Shown here: piece after piece, positions 7,642-15,005 of the stretch
Numbering within the stretch: position 1 is the first letter of the stretch
Layout: every line of letters starts with the position of its first letter
IMG/VR virus record: IMGVR_UViG_3300004093_000014
DNA: 20,000 bases
DNA from: an uncultured virus (IMG/VR IMGVR_UViG_3300004093_000014)
Taxonomy: Duplodnaviria; Heunggongvirae; Uroviricota; Caudoviricetes
Strand: one strand, 5' to 3'
Notes under the pieces: generated by a model
What the model was told of the DNA's origin: nothing
What the model saw: the letters and a program-made list of their open reading frames with translations, nothing else
Database searches by the model: none
Position numbers and translations under genes: made by a program

Positions 7642-8001
7642 ATGGCCGCCGACACCTTCTTCTTCCGCCGCAACGGGTTGTTTTACGACGTCGTTTGCGA
7701 GCGCACCGGCGAGGTCGTTGAGGAGCTGCTCGACTGCGTGGCCGAGGCTCGCAACTACGCCCAGATCCACACCGAGCGCGCCGCAGAGGCCGAAGCCGCC
7801 GAGCAGGCCGAGCTGGCCTCCCAGGATGCCGATTACCGCGCCGAGAGCGACATGCTCGACCGGATCTACCGCGAGGTGGCGCACAAGTACGACGCCGGCA
7901 TGCCGGAGACCGCGCCGGCCAATCGGGCGGTGAAGTTGGTCCTTGAGGCGATCGACGGCATCAGCAAGCCGGCCGCCGGCGAGATGGCGGAGGCGGCGTG
8001 A
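7642..8001 (+). CDS. Hypothetical phage protein
   Basis: GGAGG RBS, GC3-biased codons, overlap with the next ORF. Confidence 0.75.
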   Translation: MAADTFFFRRNGLFYDVVCERTGEVVEELLDCVAEARNYAQIHTERAAEAEAAEQAELASQDADYRAESDMLDRIYREVAHKYDAGMPETAPANRAVKLVLEAIDGISKPAAGEMAEAA

Positions 8002-8249
8002 TGGTCTCGCTCCCCTCTCAGTCCGGCCTCTCGCCGAACCTCAGCCACCTCTTCGCCCTTCCGGCTAAGTTCTTGGCGCGCCACGAAAGCCCGGCGGCCA
8101 TTGCTATCCTGTGCGAGGGCATCGCGTCGGGTCTGCTACTCGCCTCGCAGAGCGCACCTGAGGGCGACCTGTGCGGCGCCGAGGACCTAGCCGACGCTGC
8201 GGTCTGGTTCGCCAAGGTGTCCACGAAGCTGCGCGGGGCGGTGCAGTGA
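7998..8249 (+). CDS. Hypothetical phage protein
   Basis: GTGA overlaps at both ends; GGAGG RBS. Confidence 0.65.
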   Translation: MMVSLPSQSGLSPNLSHLFALPAKFLARHESPAAIAILCEGIASGLLLASQSAPEGDLCGAEDLADAAVWFAKVSTKLRGAVQ

Positions 8250-8371
8250 CCTGCGTCGACCTCCTTAACGGCATCGCGCTCGGCATCGTCTCCGCGATCG
8301 CGACCGCCCTCGCCATCCTCGCCGAGCCGGCCGTGCGCCAGGCTCGCGCCGCGCGCCGGAAGATCCGATGA
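8246..8371 (+). CDS. Small membrane protein (41 aa)
   Basis: GTG start overlapping the previous stop; hydrophobic segment followed by a basic tail. Confidence 0.55.
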   Translation: MTCVDLLNGIALGIVSAIATALAILAEPAVRQARAARRKIR

Positions 8372-8586
8372 ACCAGTACACCTTCCTGCGCGCCCGCGGG
8401 TTCGCGCCCCCATTCCAGGCTGACGAGCGCTGCCGCGGGTCCGTGACGGACGCTGCCGGCAAGCTCGTGCCGATCCTCGTGCTGCCCAGCGTCGAGAGCG
8501 AGAACTGCCGCCTGACCTTGGCGCGATCAATCGCCGACAACCTCAACCGCGAGGCCGCCGAGCGCCAGAACCGGGGAGCCGCCTGA
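8368..8586 (+). CDS. Hypothetical phage protein
   Basis: ATGA overlap; in operon frame. Confidence 0.65.
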   Translation: MNQYTFLRARGFAPPFQADERCRGSVTDAAGKLVPILVLPSVESENCRLTLARSIADNLNREAAERQNRGAA

Positions 8587-8756
8587 TGTCCTGGCTCAAC
8601 TGGCCGAGCCTATTCATCGGCATCGGCATTGGCGTCGTCCTCTCGCTCGTCGGCGCCTTCTGCATCGGCATCCGGATCGCTCGCGAAGACCTCCGAGAGG
8701 AGGACAAGGAGCGGGAGGCGTATCGCAGGCTTGATGGTGAGGGCCGCGATGACTGA
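8586..8756 (+). CDS. Small membrane protein (56 aa)
   Basis: MSWLNWPSLFIGIGIGVVLSLVGAFCIGIRIAREDLREED...; TGATG overlap; not in the ORF track. Confidence 0.6.
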   Translation: MSWLNWPSLFIGIGIGVVLSLVGAFCIGIRIAREDLREEDKEREAYRRLDGEGRDD

Positions 8757-9249
8757 CTGGCCTCGCTACCTCATGGGCTTTGCCCAGCACGCCGCCACCA
8801 AGTCCAAGGACAGCACGCAAGTCGGTGCCGTCCTCGTCGCCCCGAATGGCCGAACGGTGCTGCTGACGGCCTACAACGGCCCGCCGGCTGGCGTGGACGA
8901 TCTGCCCGAGCGCCGCGATCGGCCGGCGAAGTACCTCTTTGCCAGCCATGCGGAGGCGAACCTTTCGGCGTTCGCCGCTCAGCACGGCATCCGGACGGAC
9001 GGCTGCTCTGTCTACGTCACACATCACCCGTGCGCTGCCTGCGCCCGCACGCTGATCCAGGCCGGCATCCGCTCTGTCGTCTACGGCGATGGCACCACTT
9101 CGATGCCCCCGGAAGAGTTCTCAGCCGCAGCGAAGATGTTCGCCGAGGCCGGCGTGGAAGCGAGCGCTCTCCCCAGTCTTCCCGCTCTCCCCGCCACCGA
9201 TGCCCTGGCCGCCGGGAAGGCGGGTGAGGACGAGAGGACCTGCGCATGA
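8749..9249 (+). CDS. dCMP deaminase family protein
   Basis: Start reassigned to MTDWPRYLM. SKDSTQVGAVL, GYNG-like AYNG, HAEAN and PCAAC zinc motifs, LIQAGI. Confidence 0.92.
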   Translation: MTDWPRYLMGFAQHAATKSKDSTQVGAVLVAPNGRTVLLTAYNGPPAGVDDLPERRDRPAKYLFASHAEANLSAFAAQHGIRTDGCSVYVTHHPCAACARTLIQAGIRSVVYGDGTTSMPPEEFSAAAKMFAEAGVEASALPSLPALPATDALAAGKAGEDERTCA

Positions 9250-9998
9250 GCCGCACGATCATGTGGTGGTCCACCGGGGCCGCCAGCGCCATTGCAGCCC
9301 GTCTGATCCTCCGCGAGAAGCCGAACGCGATCATCGCCCGCTGCGAGACCAACAACGAGGATCCAGACAACTACCGCTTCGAGGCGGACGTGATGCGCTG
9401 GCTCAACGCCTCAGTCACGGTGCTCCGATCCGACAAGTTCGAGAGCGTCCCTGAGGTGTGGCGCCGCGAGCGCTACATGGCCGGCATCGCTGGCGCGTCC
9501 TGCACCAGGGCGATGAAGGTCGAGCCCCGTCTCGCCTTCCAGCGGCCCGATGACGTCCACGTGTTCGGCTACACGGCCGACCGCGGTGACGTGGAGCGGT
9601 TCGAGCGCCTGAAGGCGACCTATTTCGAGCTGACGGTGCGCGCGCCGCTGATCGAGCAGGGGCTTACCAAAGCCGCGACGCTCGCCATGGTCGAGCGCGC
9701 CGGGCTCAGGCTACCGCGCACCTACGGTCTGGGCTTCCCGAACGCGAACTGCCTGCGCACGGGGTGCGTGAAGGCTCAGTCGCCCGGCTACTGGGCGCTG
9801 TTCCGCCACCACTTCCCGGCCGAGTTCGCGGCTACCGCCGCCCAGGCGCGCGATCTCGGCGTTCGGCTGGCAAAGCTCCAGGGCGAGCGCGTCTTCATCG
9901 ACGAGATCCCGGCTGACCAGCCGATGACCGAGGCGGTCGCTCCAGCCTGCGATTTTCTCTGCGTGCTCGCCGAAGATGGTCTGGAGAGTGCTGCATGA
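9246..9998 (+). CDS. PAPS-reductase-like / PP-loop (adenine nucleotide alpha-hydrolase) phage enzyme
   Basis: Variant PP-loop WWSTGAASA, EDPDNYRF, GASCTRAMK, VFGYT, APLI, YGLGFPNANC..GCVK...GYW, C-terminal CDFLC. Confidence 0.75.
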   Translation: MSRTIMWWSTGAASAIAARLILREKPNAIIARCETNNEDPDNYRFEADVMRWLNASVTVLRSDKFESVPEVWRRERYMAGIAGASCTRAMKVEPRLAFQRPDDVHVFGYTADRGDVERFERLKATYFELTVRAPLIEQGLTKAATLAMVERAGLRLPRTYGLGFPNANCLRTGCVKAQSPGYWALFRHHFPAEFAATAAQARDLGVRLAKLQGERVFIDEIPADQPMTEAVAPACDFLCVLAEDGLESAA

Positions 9999-10318
9999 CC
10001 AGCTGCACCGAACCTACCTTCACGGCAACGATCTACCTCGCGGGCGATCTCGCGACGGCTCGGCAGGTCTGCCGCGAGTTCTGCATGTCGGGGCTCTGCG
10101 TCACGGTCGAGCCGACCGAGTTCATCTACACGGGCGGCGCCGAGGCTGGCGTGCGCGTCGGGCTGCTGAACTACCCGCGCTTCCCGGCCGAGCCCGATCT
10201 GATCTTCGCAAAGGCCATCGCGCTCGCGAACCGGCTGCGGGAGCGGCTGTGCCAGCACTCCTGGCTGATCGTGACCCCGTCCGAAACGATCTGGGACAGC
10301 ACGCGGGAGGCCGTATGA
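9995..10318 (+). CDS. Hypothetical phage protein
   Basis: ATGA-coupled; LCVTVEPTEFIYTGGAEAGVRVGLLNYPRFP resembles a recurrent phage family of unknown function. Confidence 0.75.
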   Translation: MTSCTEPTFTATIYLAGDLATARQVCREFCMSGLCVTVEPTEFIYTGGAEAGVRVGLLNYPRFPAEPDLIFAKAIALANRLRERLCQHSWLIVTPSETIWDSTREAV

Positions 10319-10383
10319 CCTCCGTCCTCCTCCCCCTCGCCCTAGCCGGCGCCATCGCGATCACCGCGGGAGATGACGCATGA
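10315..10383 (+). CDS. Hydrophobic micro-ORF (22 aa)
   Basis: MTSVLLPLALAGAIAITAGDDA; ATGA overlaps on both sides. Confidence 0.5.
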   Translation: MTSVLLPLALAGAIAITAGDDA

Positions 10384-10634
10384 GCGAGCCCTTCAAGATC
10401 GACCGCAAGGCCGAGTGGGAGCGGATCGAGCGCGACGTCGCTCGGCTCGTGCCGGACCCGCAACTCGCCCTGCGCGTCTTCCGCGGCGCTCGACGCACCT
10501 GTGCCCGCCAGTGGCAGCGCTCGCCCAACTGGGTGCTCGCCATGGAGCTGTACACCACCGGCAGCACCTACGCGCACGTCATCTGCCGGCGGATGGGCAT
10601 CGACCCTGATGCGCGCACTGCGGAGGCCGCATGA
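10380..10634 (+). CDS. Hypothetical phage protein
   Basis: GGAG RBS; PNWVLAMELYTTGSTYAHVICRRMGIDPD. Confidence 0.75.
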   Translation: MSEPFKIDRKAEWERIERDVARLVPDPQLALRVFRGARRTCARQWQRSPNWVLAMELYTTGSTYAHVICRRMGIDPDARTAEAA

Positions 10635-10690
10635 CCTCCCTCGCCCTGGCCGCCGGTCTGCTCGCCTACACCGCAGGAGAAGCCGCATGA
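10631..10690 (+). CDS. Hydrophobic micro-ORF (19 aa), similar to 10315-10383
   Basis: MTSLALAAGLLAYTAGEAA; ATGA overlaps on both sides. Confidence 0.5.
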   Translation: MTSLALAAGLLAYTAGEAA

Positions 10691-11106
10691 GCACAACGCC
10701 TGTCCGCATCCAGCTCAGCCGGCGCAAGGGCTTCAACCTCCAGGAGGTGAGCCAATCGCTCAACGGCCTGCCGGCGGTGAAGGTCTGCCGCCCCGGCGTG
10801 TTCGGAAATCCGTTCACTCTAGAGGACGCGGTTGACGTTCACGATTGCTCTCGTGATGCGGCCCGTCGCTACGCGGTCGGCTGGTTTGAGGAGTGGATCA
10901 CTCAGCCGGCGGACCACCACGATCAGACCGAGATGGGCGCATACGGCTACCTCAAGCCGTGGCGTGAACGGCTGCTCGCCCGACTGGACGAGTTGCGAGG
11001 GAAGAACCTCGCCTGCTTCTGCCCGCTGCCTCGCCACGGCGAACCAGACCACTGCCACGCCGCGGTCCTCCTGCGCCTCGCGAACGTCCGGTGCGAGGCC
11101 GCATGA
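10687..11106 (+). CDS. DUF4326-family protein
   Basis: Start reassigned to MSTTPVRIQLSRRKGF. RPGVFGNPF...ELRGKNLACFC...CHAAVLLRLAN. Confidence 0.9.
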   Translation: MSTTPVRIQLSRRKGFNLQEVSQSLNGLPAVKVCRPGVFGNPFTLEDAVDVHDCSRDAARRYAVGWFEEWITQPADHHDQTEMGAYGYLKPWRERLLARLDELRGKNLACFCPLPRHGEPDHCHAAVLLRLANVRCEAA

Positions 11107-11246
11107 CCGCCTCCGACGCCTACTGGCTCACCGTCGCCATGGTTGGCGCCATCGCAGCGTCCTCTGCCTTCGTTGGCTACCGGCTGGGACGGATTGTCCG
11201 CTCAGCAGGAGCTAAGCATCCCCTAGCCCATAAGAGCGAGGTTTAG
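11103..11246 (+). CDS. Small membrane protein, probably altered at the 3' end by the tnpB insertion
   Basis: MTASDAYWLTVAMVGAIAASSAFVGYRLGRIVRSAGA then reads into the tnpB right end. Confidence 0.5.
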   Translation: MTASDAYWLTVAMVGAIAASSAFVGYRLGRIVRSAGAKHPLAHKSEV

Positions 11247-11340
11247 GCCATGCTCGCGCATAGCCATAGTTCGCGCTTTAACGGGCCCGGAACCGGGACC
11301 CTCCACACGCAGCAACGAGGTGCTTCCCCGCCGAAGTATC
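11193..11340 (-). ncRNA. Putative TnpB omega/reRNA (scaffold overlapping the tnpB 3' end plus flanking guide)
   Basis: Minus strand ...CGTGTGGAGGGTCCCGGTTCCGGGCCCGTTAAAGCGCGAAC...AAACCTCGCTCTTATGGGCTAGGGGATGCTTA|GCTCCTGCTGAGCGGACAAT, with a degenerate IS605 right-end hairpin. Boundaries inferred from known TnpB biology. Confidence 0.55.
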
Positions 11341-12461
11341 TCAATCGCAGCGTTTCTGTCGGCGTGGTCGCGGTGTCCGCAGGAGACGCATTCGAACACC
11401 GCTTGGTTCTTGCGGGATCGCGCGTCGATGGCACCGCAGGCCGAGCAGGTCTGCGAGCTGTAAGCGGCCGGCACGGTGATAACCCGCCCGCCACGTTCCT
11501 CCATTTTGTAGGTCAGGATCGTTTGAAATTGGCGCCAGCTGGCGTTGAGGATCGATCGGTTCAGTCCGGCTTTCTGCCTGACATTATGGCCTGGCTCGGC
11601 GACTGTGCCCCGAGCACTGGTCGTCATGCCGCGCGTGTCCAGGTCCTCCAGAACGGCAACGCCGAAGCGGTCGGCGATGCTGAGCGCGGCCCGGTGGTGG
11701 AAGTCGCGCCGGATACGCGCCTGCCGGCCCTGAAGACGAGCAACACGCTGCTGAGCCTTCCGGCGGCGACGGGATCCACGCTTGCGGCGAGAGACAACGC
11801 GCTGCGCTTTTCGCCGCTGAAGCTCAATCTTGCCCAGGCTGGCCGGCAGCGTCAGCATCTCACCGTTGGAAAGAGCGAGCGTTGTCGCGACACCGCGGTC
11901 AATTCCAACGCTGTCGGCGTGTGGCTCTATCTCGTCCTGCTCAATTTCGCAGACGAAGGAAATGTGCCAGCCAAGGTCACTGAGGCTGACAGTGACGTTT
12001 TTTATGTCGCCTTTGATCTTGCGCGTGTCTCGGAACTTAATCCAACCAATCTTCTGAAGCTTAACCTCAGACCATTTATCATTGAGCTGTCTGACAATGG
12101 CCTCTCTCCCCTGATAGCGGAAGCTATCGTTGACCCCCTTTTTCCGAGGAGTGGGGAAAGAAGCTCTGCCGCTGAAGAAGGCAGAGAAAGCTTCTTCCAA
12201 GTCTCTAAGAGCTTGTTCGAGGCAGGAGCGCTGCACCCCCGCAACCCAAGGATACTCCTTTCTGATCTGGGTTACTTCGATGGATTGGGACGATGCGCTG
12301 ATATTCTTCTTGTGAATGCGCTTGTAATGGCGCCACCAGTCGCGCCTCTGTTCAAGCGCTATGTTATAAATGAAGCGACAAGTCCCGGCGAACTGCCTGA
12401 ACAAGCTTTCCTGCTCGGCGCTCGGGCTCAGTCGAAACCGATATCCACGGTTGATCTTCAT
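11223..12461 (-). CDS. tnpB: IS200/IS605-family RNA-guided nuclease TnpB (412 aa), no tnpA
   Basis: Start reassigned to MKINRGYRFRLSP. GTCRFIYNIAL, RuvC-I GIDRG, RuvC-II LEDL, Zn finger CSAC...CVSC, RuvC-III ADRNAA. Confidence 0.95.
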   Translation of the reverse strand: MKINRGYRFRLSPSAEQESLFRQFAGTCRFIYNIALEQRRDWWRHYKRIHKKNISASSQSIEVTQIRKEYPWVAGVQRSCLEQALRDLEEAFSAFFSGRASFPTPRKKGVNDSFRYQGREAIVRQLNDKWSEVKLQKIGWIKFRDTRKIKGDIKNVTVSLSDLGWHISFVCEIEQDEIEPHADSVGIDRGVATTLALSNGEMLTLPASLGKIELQRRKAQRVVSRRKRGSRRRRKAQQRVARLQGRQARIRRDFHHRAALSIADRFGVAVLEDLDTRGMTTSARGTVAEPGHNVRQKAGLNRSILNASWRQFQTILTYKMEERGGRVITVPAAYSSQTCSACGAIDARSRKNQAVFECVSCGHRDHADRNAAIEILRRGSTSLLRVEGPGSGPVKARTMAMREHGLNLALMG

Positions 12462-12468
12462 GCGGTCA

Positions 12469-12497
12469 ACAATAGCACGCCGCTGGCAGGCCGGCAA
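12469..12497 (-). promoter_or_regulatory. Sigma70-like promoter for leaderless tnpB
   Basis: TTGCCG-N17-TATTGT with an extended -10 TG, 7 nt before the ATG; no Shine-Dalgarno. Confidence 0.6.
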
Positions 12498-12584
12498 AAC
12501 CTCATCACGCATCCGAGGGCCGCCGCAGGAGCGAGGCGGACTTGGCTGCGCTGCCTCATTCGAACTCACCGATAGGAGACTGAG

Positions 12585-13061
12585 ATGACGCTCAACATCC
12601 CGAACCTCGACAAGCTCATCGCGCATCTGGAGGCGCAGCCGGCGGAGCGGATCAATATGGGTTGGTGCCAAGTCAGAACTCGTCACGAGTGCGGCACTGC
12701 GGGCTGCATCATCGGTCACGCTCAACTACTGTTCGGCCTTGAGGGCTTCTTGGATGATCAGTTTGAGGCGATCCTTGGACTAAGTGTCCACCAGCGCCGG
12801 GCGCTCACCATGCCAAGTGGGTGGGATGACGAAAAGACTGGCGTGAAGCGCTACCCCGCCCACCGCGTCATCGCCACCCTCAAGCGCCTCCGCGACCACT
12901 ACCTCGCCACGGGCGAGATCGTCGTGGACTGGGGACCGGAGCCGACCGCTGGCGAGCCCTGGGCCGCCCCGCAGGCTGTCGAACTGAAGGAGCCGGCTCT
13001 CCCGGCAGAGATCACCCAGCTTCTGTCCCTCGCCCCCGCGACCGAAACGTCGGGAGCGTGA
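12585..13061 (+). CDS. Hypothetical phage protein with CGTxxCxxG motif
   Basis: AGGAG RBS; HECGTAGCIIGHA. Confidence 0.8.
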   Translation: MTLNIPNLDKLIAHLEAQPAERINMGWCQVRTRHECGTAGCIIGHAQLLFGLEGFLDDQFEAILGLSVHQRRALTMPSGWDDEKTGVKRYPAHRVIATLKRLRDHYLATGEIVVDWGPEPTAGEPWAAPQAVELKEPALPAEITQLLSLAPATETSGA

Positions 13062-13064
13062 GGG

Positions 13065-13298
13065 ATGGACCGCGCCTTCGTCATGCCTGAGGACGAGTGG
13101 TTCAAGCTCTGCACTCGCGCGTGCCGCGTCCGCCGCAAGGAGCACGGCAACGACCGCGGCTACTGCGAGGAGCACGACGGCATCTGTCCTGAGTGCGCTA
13201 GCGACGCCGCTCGCGCCGTACCCGCGAAATACCGCACCACCGAACAGCGGGCGGCCACCTTCGACCTCCTGCCTGGATTGGAGCCCTCCCATGTCTAA
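13065..13298 (+). CDS. Small Cys-rich protein
   Basis: C-x3-C...C-x6-CPEC; GAGG RBS. Confidence 0.65.
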   Translation: MDRAFVMPEDEWFKLCTRACRVRRKEHGNDRGYCEEHDGICPECASDAARAVPAKYRTTEQRAATFDLLPGLEPSHV

Positions 13299-14502
13299 CC
13301 CGATCACCACCGCTTCCGACCCGCGTGTCGGAGAAGATGTCGGGCGGGAGTGCTGCGTCCCCGATGCTGGCGAACCGTCTTTCGTTCTGCTCGGCCGCGA
13401 TCCGCAGGCGCCGGGCCTCGTCGAGCTATGGGCGCACGAGCGCTCGCGGCTTGAGCCCAACAGCCCGAAACCGGCCATGGCCTGCGAGATTGCCGACCGG
13501 ATGCGGGCCTACAAGCTGGCGAACCCCGATCGTGGGCTTCAAGTCCCCTCTACAGGATCGGAGGAAAAGACGAACGGCGCGGACTGGCTTGATCAGCCTA
13601 TCGGCGGTGAACTGGTCTTCGACGGCATGCGGTTCGGCAAGGGCGTGCCGTTGCGGACCGTGATCAAGGCCGCTCAGCGCTGGCGCAGGGACGCGGTAGC
13701 GGCGTTCAACGAGAAGGTCGAGGCCCGCAGGCCGGCCGAGCACGATCACGTCGTCAGCGCCCGCCGGATCCCCTGGGAGCCCGGCAGTCTCGGCGGCGTG
13801 GATCTGACGTTCGATAGCGGGCTTCGGGTCGCGTTGCCGCTCAGCGCGAGTGAGGCCGCCCCATCCCCTGAAGCAGGAGCGGGTGGGGATCTGGGGGAAC
13901 TGGTCTCGTCGGCCTGGGGTCTACTCCGCGCCTGCGAAGCGGATATGGAGACGCACGACCCGACTGACGCGGATGATGAGCCGGTAGGCGCAAGCGAGAG
14001 CGGACCAACCGCTGTCCAGTTCGGGCACATGCGCCGGCTGCGCAAAGCCTTGCTCGCCTTCAGGGACGGCAAGCTCGTCGCGTCTACAGGATCGGGGGAA
14101 GAGACGAAGGGCGAGCCCTCCGGGCCGGGCTACTCATCAGAGACCACGCCCTCCGGTCGTGGCGCTTCGCGTGAGTATCCCTCTCGCACGGAGCTTGATC
14201 GGCTGAGCGAGGCAGCGTCTCAAGGCGAGTGGACCGTCGAGCGGATGGAGAACGAGGGCGCGTCGCCGGCCGACAAGTTCTTCAGCTACGGCATTGAATG
14301 CGGACCGCACACGATCCTCGACACGCTGAACAGCAGCGGTGGGATGCTGGAGCAGGAGAACCATGAGGACGGCTGCACCGTGTGGGATGAGCAGGCGCGG
14401 CGCGATCTCACGTATCTTGCCGCGCTCGTCAACACTCATCGATCCGGCAAGCTCATTCTCGCCCCGAACGAGGCACTCGACATCGCGAGGGCGGCAGAAT
14501 GA
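13291..14502 (+). CDS. Mosaic multi-module phage protein (C-terminal Ea22/Ead-like module)
   Basis: EPSFVLLGRDPQAPGLVELWA module; repeated STGS.E.T.G linkers; LDRLSEAASQGEW...ARRDLTYLAALVN resembles Ea22-like modules. Confidence 0.75.
   Translation: MSNPITTASDPRVGEDVGRECCVPDAGEPSFVLLGRDPQAPGLVELWAHERSRLEPNSPKPAMACEIADRMRAYKLANPDRGLQVPSTGSEEKTNGADWLDQPIGGELVFDGMRFGKGVPLRTVIKAAQRWRRDAVAAFNEKVEARRPAEHDHVVSARRIPWEPGSLGGVDLTFDSGLRVALPLSASEAAPSPEAGAGGDLGELVSSAWGLLRACEADMETHDPTDADDEPVGASESGPTAVQFGHMRRLRKALLAFRDGKLVASTGSGEETKGEPSGPGYSSETTPSGRGASREYPSRTELDRLSEAASQGEWTVERMENEGASPADKFFSYGIECGPHTILDTLNSSGGMLEQENHEDGCTVWDEQARRDLTYLAALVNTHRSGKLILAPNEALDIARAAE
13549..14113 (+). repeat. 31-bp direct repeat pair (13549-13579 and 14083-14113)
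   Basis: TCTACAGGATCGG[A/G]GGAA[A/G]AGACGAA[C/G]GGCG, 28/31 identical, same reading frame. Confidence 0.9.
14109..14187 (-). repeat. Multi-hairpin intragenic element, copy A (divergent)
   Basis: Minus strand GCGAG AGGGA TACTCA CGC-GAA-GCG CCACG...CGTGG...TGAGTA GCCCGG CCC-GGA-GGG CTCGC CC. Confidence 0.6.
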
Positions 14503-15005
14503 CCGAACATGTTCGGCAGATTGACCGCTGCGGGTGCGCCGTCGCCTGCATGGCGATGATCCGCGGCGTGCCCTATGAGGTCGTGCGCGCCGATGTCGGG
14601 GAGGTTGGGCGCGGTCATGATTTCATGGCCTGGCAAGACTACCTCGCACGGCACGGCTTTGCTGCGCAGATGGCGTGGCACACGGACCAGATTGCTGGGA
14701 AACGGCGAGACCCATGGCCTTTGGCGCCGTGGGCCGATGTACACCTGTGTTGCGTCGATGGCGGACTGGGGGCCGCGTCGCATCTCGTTGTGATGCTCGC
14801 AGACGGCACCGTGCTTGACCCAGCAGCCGACACCGCCCGCAACCTCAAGGACTATCCCAGTGTCGCTTACATGGCTGGCGTCTTCCGCGTCGGCACACAG
14901 CCGCTCAGATCGCCGCCGTCGGGCGCGTTAGCGGGCGAAGCCGAAGGCCGAGACCGTCAGGGCTCGGTTCACGAGCACGCGGCCCCGCAAGGGGCAACGC
15001 CATGA
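14499..15005 (+). CDS. Peptidase C39-like (papain-fold) protein
   Basis: RQIDRCGCAVACMAMI...SHLVVM...VLDP (Cys-His-Asp arrangement); the C-terminal tail is encoded by repeat copy B. Confidence 0.7.
   Translation: MTEHVRQIDRCGCAVACMAMIRGVPYEVVRADVGEVGRGHDFMAWQDYLARHGFAAQMAWHTDQIAGKRRDPWPLAPWADVHLCCVDGGLGAASHLVVMLADGTVLDPAADTARNLKDYPSVAYMAGVFRVGTQPLRSPPSGALAGEAEGRDRQGSVHEHAAPQGATP
14921..15001 (+). repeat. Multi-hairpin intragenic element, copy B
   Basis: GCGTT...CGAA GCC-GAA-GGC CGAGAC...GGCTCG GTTCACGAGCACGCG GCCCC-GCAA-GGGGC AACGC. Confidence 0.75.

Noticed and set aside
11223..12461. Nuclease-dead TldR-type regulator
   Set aside because: All three RuvC catalytic residues are present.
11250..12575. 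441-aa plus-strand ORF
   Set aside because: Antisense shadow of tnpB; only its last 17 or so codons may belong to the interrupted phage gene.
12462..12725. N-terminal extension of TnpB to 500 aa in the ORF track
   Set aside because: It overlaps the opposite-strand gene at 12585; TnpB homology and a promoter point to ATG 12461.
14120..14150. CTGATGAG on the minus strand, resembling a hammerhead ribozyme core
   Set aside because: No stem II followed by GAAA and no cleavage triplet in register; TGAGTA instead pairs with TACTCA in element A.
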